Assembly (NCBI GenBank): GCA_020137815.1
Contig: CM035359.1
Coordinates: forward strand, 1,674,001 to 1,738,000
Length of the DNA: 64,000 nucleotides
Source: Hormiphora californensis
Lineage: Eukaryota; Animalia; Ctenophora
Direction of reading: 5' to 3'
Part shown: one piece after another, positions 23,657 through 37,894 of the stretch
Numbering within the stretch: the first letter of the stretch is position 1
Layout of the letters: the number at the start of each line of letters is the position of its first letter
Made by a program: the position numbers and the translations under genes
The notes under the pieces: model-generated
Database searches by the model: none
The model's input: the letters and a program-made list of their open reading frames with translations, nothing else
Told to the model about the DNA's origin: nothing

Positions 23657-26600
23657 TTCTCAAGGTGCACCCGAGGCAAACAGTTGCACGCTCAACATCG
23701 TGTCCTGGAACATTCACGGAATCAAAGACGCTAATCTTGGGCCCAAAACCAACTGTCATGAATTCCTCGCCCAACTGGGTGGTTCCCACGTATTCCTGCT
23801 ACAAGAAACAAAGGGATCTGTTGAAGTTGACAGCTACATCTGCCACAACAAGACACGTCCCAACCCACGATCTGGCGGACTAACCATCGGCGTCCACTCA
23901 GCTATAGCAGCACACACTAAACTAATCAAAACTGACCACGAGGACCTTCTCGCACTAAGGATTTCCAGGAAAATCACCGGGACAGGGAAGGACCTCACCA
24001 TCATTAATGTGTACGACTCCCCACCCGAAAGCAGTTACAAAAAGAAATGGGCAGGTACCAGTGAGGAGAGGGACACACTCCATGACCTGAGCCAACTGCT
24101 TCTATCTCTAAGGCAAACCGAGATCCTAATTGCCGGTGACATGAACGCTAGATTGAGTGGACTCAACACGATCCCACCGACTCAACACATCTCTGATGAC
24201 ATTCTCTCCAGCGGAGACCCGTCTTATAAACAACTCCGCACCAGCAAAGATACTGTCTGCAATGACAGAGGAGCCAAGCTACTTGACTGTCTGTCATCAG
24301 CTGAGCTTACCATCCTAAACGGCTGTACAATTGGAGATCTAACAGGACAGTATACCTGTCACACGTACAATGGAGCTAGTGTTGTTGATTACATCATTGC
24401 CTCTGATAGCATTCGCTGCTCCACCCGATCTCTCAAGGTCAGGCCACTCCTGCCACTATCGGACCACTGCCCAATAGAAGTGACGCTTAACACCAAGACG
24501 ACATTGAAAAGTGCAACAGCCCAAAGGAAGTTTCTAAACCTACCAGACGCTCCTCGGCGAACCAAATGGAAAGACACTACCGCCCAGCTACTCAAAGAAC
24601 GGCAAATGAAGGACTCTGATGCTATCTCTGGGTTAATCCGGACAACCTGCAATTGCCGTGATGATGTGTACACCATGAACCAAAAAATATCAGATCTGCT
24701 TGTAGACAAGAAAAAGAAGCACAAAAAACGATACACGAAATCTAAATGGTATGATAAAGAGTGTGACATCCTACGCTTTGAAACCAACCGCCTTGCACGA
24801 GCCCAGGGCAAGGGGAAAACTGCTAACCCCAGGATCAAAGACCTCTACCACCAGCAGAAACGATTGTATCGTCGAACAATGAGGAACAAGAAGAGCCAGC
24901 TCAAGCAAAACTTGAGCAGCAGAATTCTCTCATCCAAAACATTAAACTGGGACACAATCGAGGAACTGAAACAGCAATTCGATCAAAAAGAGGAACTCAG
25001 CATCTCTCATATGACCGACTTCCACAGCTTCTTCAATCAGCTTTACTCCAAAAATCAGAACGAGAAAACTGACACCTGGAAAGCTGACATCCATACTAAA
25101 ATCAATCTGCAATCAGAACTGGAAAGTGCACTCAACCAACCTATATGCACTAATGATGTCGAAAAGGCTATCAAGGATCTAAAAAGGGGCAAATCGCCAG
25201 GCATTGATGGAATACCTAACGAACTACTCAAAGAGGCATGTCCCAACACGATACAGCTACTCACACATCTGTATAACCAATGCCTCGAACACGGCGTGTA
25301 CCCTTGGAACACTACGGTTATAACACCTATCCACAAAAAAGGGCCCAAACATGACCCTAACAACTACCGAGCCATTGCTGTAGGGAGCAGTCTGGGGCGT
25401 GTCTTCTCCGCCATCTATCTGGAGCGCCTAGTGAACTTCAGGAAGACTCACTGCCCGGACCCGCCCAACCAACAAGGCTTTGTGAAGGGTGCTCAAACCA
25501 GTGACCACCTTTTAACACTCCATACTGCCATTCAGAAAGGAATACAGAACAAAGGAAGGCTCTACACTTGCTTTATCGACTTTCGTAAGGCATTCGATGG
25601 CCTCAACAGAGACGCCCTTCTCCTAAAACTGCTAAACCTTGGAGTTCGCGGGAAGTTCTTCAATGTACTCGACCACATGTACAACAACTCCAAGGCTCGC
25701 CTAAAACTAGCTCAGAAACTCTCTGATCTCATTGACATCCAAATTGGTACAGAACAAGGGCATGTCACAAGTCCAGAGCTTTTCAAGTGTTTCCTCTTGG
25801 ACCTATCCACAATACTCAATGATAAAGACCTAAAATCTGACCCAGTAGCACTAGGAACAGCCCTAGTGACTCACTTGCTCTGGGCTGATGATCTGGTACT
25901 TATGTCAACCTCGGCTAAGGGTCTACAAAAACTCCTCGATGCCCTCTACCGGTTCTGCTCTGATTGGGATCTTACCGTTAACACCGAAAAAACGGCTATA
26001 ATGATCTTTAACCAAGCTGGGAGGAAACTCAAAGAATCCAACGGCTTTCTCTACGGCGACTCACACATCCCATCAACCAAGACCTATCAATATCTCGGTT
26101 TGACTTTCTCGGTGAATGGTAACCTACGAGAAGCCCAAAAATAACTGAGAATCAAGAGCATGCGGAGCATTTTCGCCATAAAAAGAATAGTGGATATCAG
26201 ATCAATATCCAAGCAAGCGGCCCTAAAACTATTTGATGCTCTGGTAGCACCTGTAGCAGGGTATGCATCAGCTATCTGGCTGCACGAAACAAGATTTCTC
26301 AAGACATCTCTAAACGGGAAGCATGTGAAAACTACATCGAAGGACATCTGGGACGACCAAACAGAAAAATGTCAAACCAGCTTTCTGAGATGGCTACTAG
26401 GACTTCGGAAAAACACACCGCTACCTCCACTCTACGGGGACACTGATAGAGTCCCCCTGGCCGTAAGAAACAGCAAACACCTGCTGGACTTCCACAATAG
26501 ACTATGTATCATGAGCAACACTCTCGACAACCAAAGCAAGCTAGTCGTACACGCCTATAACGAACAGAAGCGACTACAGTTGCCCTGGTATCAAAGTGTC

Positions 26601-27116
26601 CTAAGGACCTCCGAGATATTCGACTCCAATGCCCACCACCCGCAGAAGACACTTCTCCCTAACTCCCAACTCGTGCAGGCCCGTATCTCAGATTGGTTTT
26701 GGACCCAATGGGACGATATTCGCCACAGCAACCGGAAGCTTGAATTCTACAACAGTGTCAAGACCGGACATGGCTTTGAGGATTACCTAGAAAGAAGGAC
26801 GGCACCTGACTTCATCAAGTTAAGAACGAGTACCCACCGCCTAAAAATCGAAACCGGACGCCATAACAAAACTGACAGATCTGAGCGCCTCTGTGATGAT
26901 TGCTCCTCACCCGAGTCTATACCTCTTCTGCGTGCCCTCCCTTTCTTCGACCCCATCATCCAAGATGAGTGGCACATGCTGAATGAATGCACCCGCACCA
27001 AATCAGCTCGAGACCGCCTAACAGATCAAGACAGAACCTCCCTTCGTGGTCATGTCTTCCCCTCACATATCAATCATCATCTCTCTCACCTAATTCACAC
27101 CATCATCAACCCATAA
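23646..27116 (+). CDS. LINE ORF2 (APE, RT, C-terminal CCHC); single in-frame TAA at 26142
   Basis: SWNIHG, LQET, GDMNAR, VDY, SDH; YRAIAV, QQGF, DFRKAFD, GTEQG, WADD; LKIETGRH...LCDDC...DEWHMLNEC; both ORF pieces are in the same frame. Confidence 0.92.
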
Positions 27117-27631
27117 TACACACACTACCACCGCCCACCATACCTCTCCTCTCAGCCCCCCTGAACCCTCTCTCTACCCCTCCTACTCCCACTTTTTTAT
27201 AGTTATATGACAATAATATTATTGTTAAGTACTTTTTAATTTGAATCTTGAATCTTGAATCTTGAATCTACAGAGATAGCTGAGAGGGATAGAGAGGAGA
27301 CTAGTTTGGTGTGTGAACCGATACGCAGTACACTCCGTATCGGTTCACGATTCTGTGTAGTTCATTAGCGACGGAACTGTTTACAATATCAACCGATACG
27401 GGGTACTGCTCACGATTCGGTAAACCTCATTAGCGGCGGAACCGCTTACAATGTGAACTGATACGAGGGTATTGCTGTAATAGCTAATCACTATTACAAG
27501 GTATCGCTATTACAGTACTGTAATAGCGAGTTATTACAGGGGCCGCTATTACAGGGCCTCGCTATTACAGTACTGTAATAGTGAGTTATTACAGTACTGT
27601 AATAGCGTGTCGAGATTCTTCCGACCTGCCG

Positions 27632-27849
27632 ATCATTCAATGATGATTCATTGCTTCTGTCATGTTCGCAAAAGGCAAGCTTCCCCTCGTCCGACCCGAA
27701 GGGAATTCTAGTAACAAATCTAAATTGTACGAGTTAGTGGGTGCTATGGCATAAATTTATGCTTTCATGTGGTATGTAGCTACAAATTCTACAATCGTGA
27801 ACGGTTTTTACCAGGAAAAGAACCCAAATTTGAGATTTGTATCATATAT
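27632..27849. repeat. Dispersed repeat, second copy at 63752-63968
   Basis: atcattcaatgatgattcattgc...gagatttg(t)atcatatat is near-identical in both places. Confidence 0.9.
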
Positions 27850-27988
27850 TATACCAAAACTAATTGAAATTAGTAGGCCGGAAAGGTTGCCCTATGATTT
27901 GAGCTACCTTTGCCACCGTAACATTCAAGGGGTAAAAACAGGGTATAACAGATGCTTCGTCTATGTTCAAAAGGAAATGTACTGGTGC

Positions 27989-28951
27989 CAAAGGTAGCTC
28001 AAATCATAGGGCAACCTTTCCGGCCTACTAATTTCAATTAGTTTTGGTATAATTTGCATCATTTTTGGGATTTTTTATCCATTTAGATGTAGTAGAACAA
28101 GTACGGAGAGGATGGAATCGCTAAGTTGAATTTTTTCAATTTTGACGTCATTTTGACGTCATAAAATGACGTCACGACGTCATGACGTCAAAATTTTGAC
28201 GTCATATCATCGGGATTACGTAGACGAACATACTGACCAAGTTTGAGATCGATTGGATAAGATTTGAGTCCGCTATGGCGAAAAAACCCATATCGTCATA
28301 TCTATTTTTAAACAGTCATAACACTTTAGACGCGTTTTAAGACCCTTATACATGTAGTTTTGAAAATTCGCCATACAGTTTCTGAAAGTTCAAAAAATTC
28401 TCTTTCCATGATATAGTCTTCGTTTTTCGATTAGAATCCATCTTCAGGCTGTAAATTGAGCTCAAAGAATTTTGGTCAGAGTCAGAAAAATGACGACTTT
28501 AAGACGTTCTGTAGGACGTTCCCGGCGATGAAAAGGGACGCCACCTCGACTAATGCACACACATCCAGTAGATCTACCAGCTGTGAAAACGAGAAGTTTC
28601 TATCTTTTTTCGTTTGGCGTGAATATGGTTTATAAAAAGCGTCTCTCCTACGCGCGTATACGCGCGCGCGCGTGCACATGTGTTACACTGAATCTAGGGC
28701 AAATGGGACCTGTCTGTAACTTCAGTTCCAGATGAGATAGAGACTTGAAATTTTTAACTTAAGTTAATGACCCCGAGCCGGGTATACATTCCAAATTTCA
28801 AGTCAAATGGATGAATGGGAGCCATGCTATAGCCTTCTGAAATCTGGGTTTTCAGTCAAAACACCCATAAAACGTATAACTGCGTTTCTGGCGGCGCTTT
28901 GCTGTTTGGGGGAGGGGGAATGGCAACCTTTGCGCTTGCCAGCGCAGTGAT
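27989..28951 (+). mobile_element. Helentron-associated (DINE-1/HINE-like) element
   Basis: 5' aaaggtagc...ggcaaccttt; 3' tggcaaccttt followed by hairpin tgcgct-tgcc-agcgca and gtgat; internal similarity to 49503-50445. Confidence 0.72.
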
Positions 28952-29204
28952 GATACTATTGTCCTAAGGGTAAATTCTCCTAAAACATACATAATTCGTG
29001 CTAGAAAAGGAGCTAAGAGACAAATGGGGGCACTAAAATGTGTAGAATCATCGCATTAGTGGGGGTAGAGCACATATTTAGATCGCTATCTGGATCCATA
29101 ATTGAGATAATTGGATAATTAGCTAATTAGTTACCCAGGAGCGCTAATAAATGAGACTAGGCGGAGTATACAAGACAAGTGAGGGCACTAAAATGTGTTA
29201 AATC

Positions 29205-29800
29205 ATCGCCTTAGCGGGGGTAGAGCACATAGCTGAGTTTCTATTCCCACTCCTAATTGAGATAATTGGATAATTAGCTAATTGACGGTTGCACACCGTC
29301 CACTTTTCACCAAATCCCGTGGTTTCTAGGTAATCCTGAGCTCTTTTGCTCAATCTAAGGATCTTCTGACAACCCCTAACCCCATTTGTATCACCTTTGA
29401 CTCGTTTTACACAATAGTAAAGCACTCGATACAACCCTAGACACTGCCTTCAGCTCTTTAGAACCCTCTTGCTCCATCCTAGACCTCTCATACATCCAAG
29501 ATCCAACTACAATCCTATAGAAATTTTATATCCTATATGCTCCTACAACACGTTCAACCTCTAATGTACTACAGTTTCCCCTATTTATTGTTTGGACACA
29601 CGGTTATAGGGGTTTAGGGATATTAGGGGATGTCAGAAGATCAGTAGATTGAGCAAAAGAGCTCAGGATTACCTAGAAACCACGGGATTTGGTGAAAAGT
29701 GGACGGTGTGCAACCGTCAACTAGCTAATTATCCAATTATCTCATTTAGGAGTTGGAATAGAAACTCAGCTATGTGCTCTACCTCCACTAAGGCGATAAT
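29205..29800. repeat. Inverted repeat pair (about 180 bp)
   Basis: 29205-29385 versus 29625-29800; the mirrored ORFs share KRAQDYLETTGFGEKWTVCNRQLANYPIIS. Confidence 0.85.
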
Positions 29801-30561
29801 TTTACACATTTTTACACATTTTACACACAGACTTGTTATGTACAACGGATGCACTACGGGCAGCCAGTTCTATATTCCATCACTTTTCTTTTTTTTGAGT
29901 CCTCCCCGCGCTAACATTTGTCACTCCCTGTATTACATAACATGTACCTGTGTCCACGGTTTGACAGATGTTAAACTCTGCAGCCACATGATTGACTCCG
30001 GTAGTAGGGCCGGAATACTGCCTTTGGGTGGTGACCCTTATATAACCATATATGGGCATTTTAAAATACAATTATAAATAGATTTCTCTACTGGGGAGAA
30101 GTGTTGAGTTTGTATTGTGCTCTTGCAGTGGGTTTTATAGGGAGAGAGGACACAGCGTGTTGTTGTGCATCACGTGTCTCCGTTATCAGCCCACGTGACA
30201 TCCCTTGATCACGTGACAGCTGATCCCATTACGCCTCCTCTCCCGGGTAGCGAGAGAAAGTACCGTAAAGTGGGTGAGGCGTCACTATAAAGCCAATTAT
30301 CTCTGTCCCCAACAATGGGGTTAAGCTGTAAGATGACATGTCACGTGTTACAGACGCTGCTGTTATAGAGAGAGAGACGTCTCTCTCTGGAGCAGAAAAG
30401 TGTGCCCAGTCCGAATTAGCTCAACAATGAATAATTATTGCTTATCCCAACGGTCCCTCTCTATCTCTCGTTTCTCTCTCACTCTCTATATATCTCTCCC
30501 TCAACGCTGCCGCCTGCCCCAATGCCCCATCATCGCTTATCCTCATAATCGCTTACCCCAG

Positions 30562-30609
<48 letters not shown>

Positions 30610-30668
30610 TTCTCTATCTCTCTCTCCCTGATTTAACCCATCGATAATATTTGTAACGCGGGCCGGGC

Positions 30669-31950
<1,282 letters not shown>

Positions 31951-32024
31951 TCGTATCCTTAGTTCCAGTTTGGTCGTGCAGCTCCCTAGCAAATCTGCTT
32001 CCTGAAAAGATCAATGATAGTTCA

Positions 32025-34188
32025 TACTTGCCATGTTCCACCCTCTCTTCCCGCGACCCAAATGGATTTGAAAAAAAACAAGATAGCACCTAGAAAATAT
32101 ACATGCATTATTTCTTGACCAACTTCTTCAAACAAATTTTTACGGACTCACAAAAGAATGTTCTTTTCGATTAGTTGGGTCGGTTGAGGGAAGTCATCGC
32201 CAGAAAAATGTTTAAGCATGACATCAAGTCAAATCAATAAGCTGCTGAAAGAAATCGAAGCGGGGGGGGGGGGGGGGGTTACAACTACATAATATTATTA
32301 AGATTTATATTATTCATTGTGCCCAGGCATTGGGACCCTGGGATGTAGTTTACACCCACCGATGCAATACACTAATTGGGTGCTGGCCAGAGGATGACAT
32401 AAACAAAGTTTAGGGACCAATATCAGCTATTGATCCCAAAACCGGGTTTTTCTCAAGATCTGTACAGCCCCGGCAAAGTGTACTGCATTGGTGAATGCCC
32501 TCACTCATCACAATAGTTTCGAGATCATTGGAAAATTGCCAACAAGATAATGGCATGAAATCAATATTATACTCACTATTCGGGGCCTGGCAAGGCCCCC
32601 CGACCCGAATATAACCCAAACTCAACCCATCCCCCCTAAAACATCCCCCCTAAAACTAAAACAACGGGGCCGAGCCGACAGGCCCTTAATACCAGATGAA
32701 AAAAAAACCATAACCATAACCATAACCATAAAACCATAAAACCATAGATATTTTTAGAGTGAAAGTTTTGAAGCCCCCTGAAGTAGTAGAGAGGTGTTCT
32801 ATGGATCGTTGGAAAGGTCTCGAGGTGCCGCGACGTATAGGGGGTGTGGCGATGGCCATACCCAAACCTATAAGGGGTAGGACGCGAAAAACAGTCAAAA
32901 TAAGGGGTATGCAGATCTCGGCAATTAGAAGGAGTAGAAAGGTGTTCTAGGTAGCGTTCGAAAGCTCTCGAGGTGCTGAAGTAATTGGAATGTAATTGGA
33001 AGTAATTACATGTAATTAAAGGGTAATTACATGTAATTAAAAGGTCTAAATGACCCCAAATGACAATTTAGACATATTTTGACATATTTGGAGGCCCTGA
33101 GACCAGCGGGTGGCCAAATTTAATCAGGTTTCGGGTCGGCTGACGTAAAAACTCCGCGTTTTGGTCGAGTAAACCGTAAACCATAAACCATAAAACCATA
33201 GATATTTTTAGAGTGAAAGTTTTGAAGCCCCCTGAAGTAGTAGAGAGGTGTTCTATGGCTCGTTGGAAAGGTCTCGAGGTCCGGCGACGTATAGGGGGTG
33301 TGGCGATGGCCATACCCAAACCTATAAGGGGTAGGACGCGAAAAACAGTCAAAATAAGGGGTATATAGAACTCGGCAATTAGAAGGAGTTGAAAGGTGTT
33401 CTAGGGTGCGTTCGAAAGCTCTCGAGGTGCTGAAGTAATTGGAAGTAATTACATGTAATTAAAATGTAATTACATGTAATTAAAGGGTAATTACATGTAA
33501 TTAAAGGGTAATTACATGTAATTAAAAGGTCTAAATGACCCCAAATGACAATTCAGACATGTTTTGACATATTTTGAGGCCCAGAGACCAGCAGGTGGCC
33601 AAATTTAATCCGGTTTCGGGTCGGCTGACGTAAAAACTCCGCGTTTTGGTCGAGTACTTACCTGATGAATTGGTTAACTGTCAAGGATATCCAGCTATTG
33701 GTTCATCATGTTGAATGATGATATGCGGCTTTTAACAACTGCTGAACAGTACGAAAAATTAAAAATATATCAAAAAGCACCAAGAAAAAGTATGGGTAAC
33801 TCCGTTATAACTCACCATTTCTTTTAATTGTCCAGACTTTATTTGTTCAGCAGTGTCCTAGGCGACTCAACCATTAGTTATTAGTTTATAGTATTCGAAT
33901 ACTATAAACTAATAACCTCTTCTTCTTGGGGTAGTACCGGTAACGGAAAGTAAGTTACACGTTTTAACCCACGATATCTAAGTTGTTTAGACCATTATAT
34001 CCTTAAATATCCTAACACTCGCCTTCTTGCCAAAAAATTGTTAAAATATACTTGAGTTGCTTTGATTTTTTTCCCCAGTGAGCGTCTCTGTGACCCAATG
34101 GGGGAAACAATCATACCTGAGATTCAGTCAAGACTGTTTCCCCCAATGGACAAAAACAGAATTGGATTGTTTTAGGTAGAGAATAGCT
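32025..34188 (-). pseudogene. Degraded multi-exon gene remnant of unknown identity
   Basis: Phase-compatible mini-exons 34188-34117, 34087-34023 (GC donor), 33977-33917, 33857-33816 give an open 80-aa peptide; downstream exon-like blocks have stops; a more decayed copy lies at 58680-59760. Confidence 0.4.
32574..33656 (-). mobile_element. Second HINE-like family with internal about 460-bp tandem duplication
   Basis: On the minus strand: 5' ccgacccga, (ttatgg)n microsatellite, 3' tcgggtcgg plus hairpin ggggcc-ttgcca-ggcccc; absent from the paralogous region near 59230-59250. Confidence 0.68.
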
Positions 34189-34320
34189 CTATGAGAGCAT
34201 TTATTCTTTTTCCTCAAAATATATCATGTATGTACATATATAAATATGTATTGTATATCTATTCATACAATAATGGTCACCTTTGCGCTTGCCAGCGCAG
34301 TGATAAAACACGCCGTTCTC

Positions 34321-34384
34321 TTGGTGACATAAACACCTGGCGCGACCCGTGTGCGGGGGTCGCGCCAGGTGTCTATGTCACCAA
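34321..34384. mobile_element. 64-bp hairpin mini-MITE
   Basis: ttggtgacata...tatgtcaccaa flanked by gccgttctc twice; single copy of the target at about 59877. Confidence 0.85.
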
Positions 34385-34541
34385 GCCGTTCTCCTCCATG
34401 AAGATCTCAAAATAAGAGTTCTTAAATACCCACCATTTGCACCTTCAATAGATCCGGGATATTCAGACGGTTTAGTTCGTCTAGTTTCTAACTCACAGCT
34501 GGCGTGCTTCAACAAGGTTTAAAAATTACAACACAATACAG

Positions 34542-37500
34542 TCAGCAGCTTGACACGTATAACTGACCTTGACAGATCCCAGTAATCCATTCCGTGGTTT
34601 TTTCGGAGCACGTTGCTCTGGCAACGGATGTTTTAGAGCACTTGACTGTCATCATGGTCCCTCTTTCTGCTCCACTCACCAGCTCTCCTTTGGAGTTTTC
34701 CTTCTCGGGGCAGTCTGAAAAGTGGTGTTTAGGATGAGTTATTACTCAGTTGTAACCGTATAGCGGTGCTCCGTCATGGGATGCCTGACGGAGTACGTCT
34801 TTGACGCTCAATATTAATCGATTAATCGATGACGGAGCACAGCTGAACAATATCTGGCACCGCCTGATGAACAATGTTTAGTACTTACAGACATGTCTGT
34901 AGAGGATGGAACCTTTGTCATGGTCTGGATTGAAAGCTAAGTATGTCACTGCAACACCGGCCCAATTCGTGACACACTCTGCATTCCCTGCATCTTCGAA
35001 CCTCAGTTCCAGCAACTCCATTCCGTTACACCCTATGATGAACGCTTCCTCCGTTTTGATTAGTTTCCAGGTGTCTATACCGTCCGTTGTTGTTGGCGGT
35101 TGTTTGTCGAACTTAACCAAGTACGGTTCACAGTAATTTATTTTGTACTGGTAAGAGGATGATGAACCTATGTATCTGAACCCGATGTAACCGATGTTAG
35201 TGTTGATAAAAACTACACTTTTGGCCGTCGCTTGCACTTCCAAACCTCGTGTGTCAAAATCCCAATCAAATATTCGAACGTCTTTCTCCACTGGTGTCCA
35301 ACCTACAACACAATTTTAATTGAAAATAAAATAAACATATAATTTTCAGAGAGCATTTGTGTAATAACGGCTATTAAACTCACCTTGAGGAATCCCGTTG
35401 ACAGTCAGTTCTCTTATAACCATCATTGGAACATTATCAGTGTTGCCTTCGATCTCTGCAATAGTGTCATCATAGAGCTTGAGTTTGGTTGCTATGATGT
35501 TGCTAGGACATGAGATGGTGTACGAATGAGACGGATCGTATTCGCTCACAGTTCCACAAGTGTACCATTGCTCTTGTATGGTGAAGATCTGAACTTGAGT
35601 CCCCAAGATGCGATGACCCCATGTACCTGAGTTAGGCCTGAAAATACAGGGTGTCCCACTGTCTTTGCATCACCTGTGATTTTGGGTGATGAGTGGCTTC
35701 CATTCAAATGCTCATAACTCATCGAAAAATAGGTCAAAACGGCTCAACCAAAAACAGTGTTGTAGAGAATTGTCAGGCGAACATTTGGGTACAAGATTGA
35801 TATTCCAAGTCTTACCAACCGTCAGATATATCGTCTTAAAGTCAAAAGTATGTGTTCATGAAATCCGACCGGGGTTCACGTTTTGAAAAATTCACAAATG
35901 CAAAGTTGCTCGGATCACATTGCATCCCTGATAAGAGTTGTAGGAAATTGTCTGGCGGTCATTTTGGTACCCGGGTTTTTGTCCTAGCTCAATGTTTAGA
36001 GTGTCTTATGACTGTCTAAAGACGAAATTCAACCAACATTTTTGAGGGGATCACGTGTCATCAACAAATGGGTAAAATGGTTTGAAATTTATAAGAGCTT
36101 CATTGGAATCGTCTAAGGTTCATTTTGATACCATGATTTTTTCCATAGCTCTACGTTTTAGTTGCGTTATGACTGTAGGAACATAAAGATTTTTCTACGC
36201 TGAGTCTTGGTTGGTATCGGCTCACAACGCCTAATTAGGTGGCTCGGTGTCGTGTGTAATCCCATGATAATCAGCACATATCGTCTCAATTTCATCTAGA
36301 CACTTGACAGGGTTGTTATGACGATTTGGCAAGGCCCCTGTTAATGTGTAGGATACGCATGTGGTCTATCTCAACCCTATCATGCACTAAGATGTTATTC
36401 AAGCAGCAATGAGCTTCATAACAGGGCAAAATGTAATGAGATACCTGAGACCACTTTTGTGAAAATTCGAGTTCTGACAGTCATAAGACACTCTAAACAT
36501 TGAGCTAGGACAAAAACCCGGGTACCAAAATGACCGCCAGACAATTTCCTACAACTCTTATGAGGGATGCAATGTGATCCGAGCAACTTTGCATTTGTGA
36601 ATTTCTCAAAACGTGAACCCCGGTCGGATTTCATGAACACATACTTTTGACTTTAAGACGATATATCTGACGGTTGGTAAGACTTGGAATATCAATCTTG
36701 TACCCAAATGTTCGCCTGACAATTCTCTACAACACTGTTTTTGGTTGAGCCGTTTTGACCTATTTTTCGATGAGTTATGAGCATTTGAATGGAAGCCACT
36801 CATCACCCAAAATCACAGGTGATGCAAAGACAGTGGGACACCCTGTATATACGCTGTTAACACAAAAATGTCAAAATCACAAAAAACCAGGAAATCAAGT
36901 TATCCTTTTCTTGGGTACCAAACTTCAATAATTCAACTACTTCGAACCTAAAATCAGATGTGCATGAAATTTTGGGTTCCGGAAGAAAAATATCCATTTT
37001 CACGTTTAACACTAGTGCCAACTTTTCACTCCACCGGGAACGTGTTCTACGTGCAAAATAACTCGGGGTACCATTTTTTTGGTAATTTCAGAGTAGTTTG
37101 TGGGAAAATTTTAGTTAGTCTCCATTTTCCTCGAAAACAGTTAACTCAAATTTACCACACGGTCTCCCAAAATTTTTGATATAACACTTCTCATAGTTAC
37201 TCAACCCGACCTTTTGGGGAAAAATTTCGGAGGTTGGCCTTCCTTAAGGGACACTGTGTAAAGGAACAATTCAAAATTTAGCTTAAACTCCTTCAGCCCT
37301 TCAGCTTATAAATTTAGTTACCTTCCCAGCATAGTGACAGTATCAATGGCTGATGGGTACTCCAAATCAAACTGAATCCACTGGTCTTGGTCTGTATCAT
37401 ACCATGTTGAATGGTACTCTGTAGATTCATCTCCGTCTATCGCTTTTGAGGCGTCTCGTCCACCGCTGATAGTCCTCTGGGTGGGGTTGATAAGAACCAA

Positions 37501-37551
37501 CTGATTTGCTCCTATTCCTGTTACCAGGGCAACAAGTAGAAGCAGATTCAT
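34542..37551 (-). CDS. Secreted protein A: signal peptide, F5/8C (discoidin/fucolectin-like) domain, Cys/Trp beta domain, sushi-like module
   Basis: Exons 37551-37322, 35637-35384, 35302-34889, 34714 to about 34542, phase-compatible GT-AG. MNLLLLVALVTGIGA signal; ASKAIDGD...YHS...WIQFDL...IDTVTMLGR...CG...IRELTVNG; GWTPV...WKLIKT...IGCNG...C...W...YR; CP...C...TC...W...C. 3' end uncertain. Confidence 0.8.
35647..36845. mobile_element. Tc1/mariner-type MITE, about 370-bp terminal repeats, TA TSD, in intron 1 of gene A
   Basis: TA-cagggtgtcccactgtctttgcatc...gatgcaaagacagtgggacaccctg-TA. Confidence 0.92.
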
Positions 37552-37894
37552 TGCTACTAGCAGTTTGGGTGTTTTGGCTAGTTTATAAACTGTTTGCCGG
37601 AAATGTGATACCGAATGCTGGTAGGGAATGGTAGGGAAGAGCGAACAAAAACAAGAACAGAGATTTATCAACGCGTCAAGCATATAATCCTCACGTGGCT
37701 GCTTTGCAAGGTAACTAACACGGGCGAATATGGGGACTCGAAAGGAGAGCATGTGCGTTCTGTGTGGTGAAAGTACGATTTCACGTAATGCACAGATCGA
37801 TCTTTCGGGGTTTGGGTTCGGGCGATTCATCCAGGCCCACGTAATCCGCTGCCATATATACTGTCACGACCATTAGACCATTAGATATCACATA

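Larger units (their letters stand above)
22447..27268 (+). mobile_element. RTEX-like LINE with (TTGAATC)4 tail and probable TACAG TSD
   Basis: ORF1 plus ORF2; tail at 27241-27268; tacag at 22442-22446 and 27269-27273; interrupts the foldback arm. Confidence 0.88.
20717..27543. mobile_element. Foldback (long inverted repeat) non-autonomous element hosting a MITE and a LINE
   Basis: gcccctgtaataactcgctattacagtactgtaatag versus its reverse complement at 27507-27543; arms 21893-22240 versus 22340-22446 plus 27269-27500. Confidence 0.8.

Noticed and set aside
35686-36806. Identical ORF pairs on opposite strands
   Set aside because: Mirror translations of MITE terminal repeats, not genes
37552-37830. 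N-terminal extension of the 170-aa ORF
   Set aside because: The signal peptide and paralog B both point to the ATG at 37551
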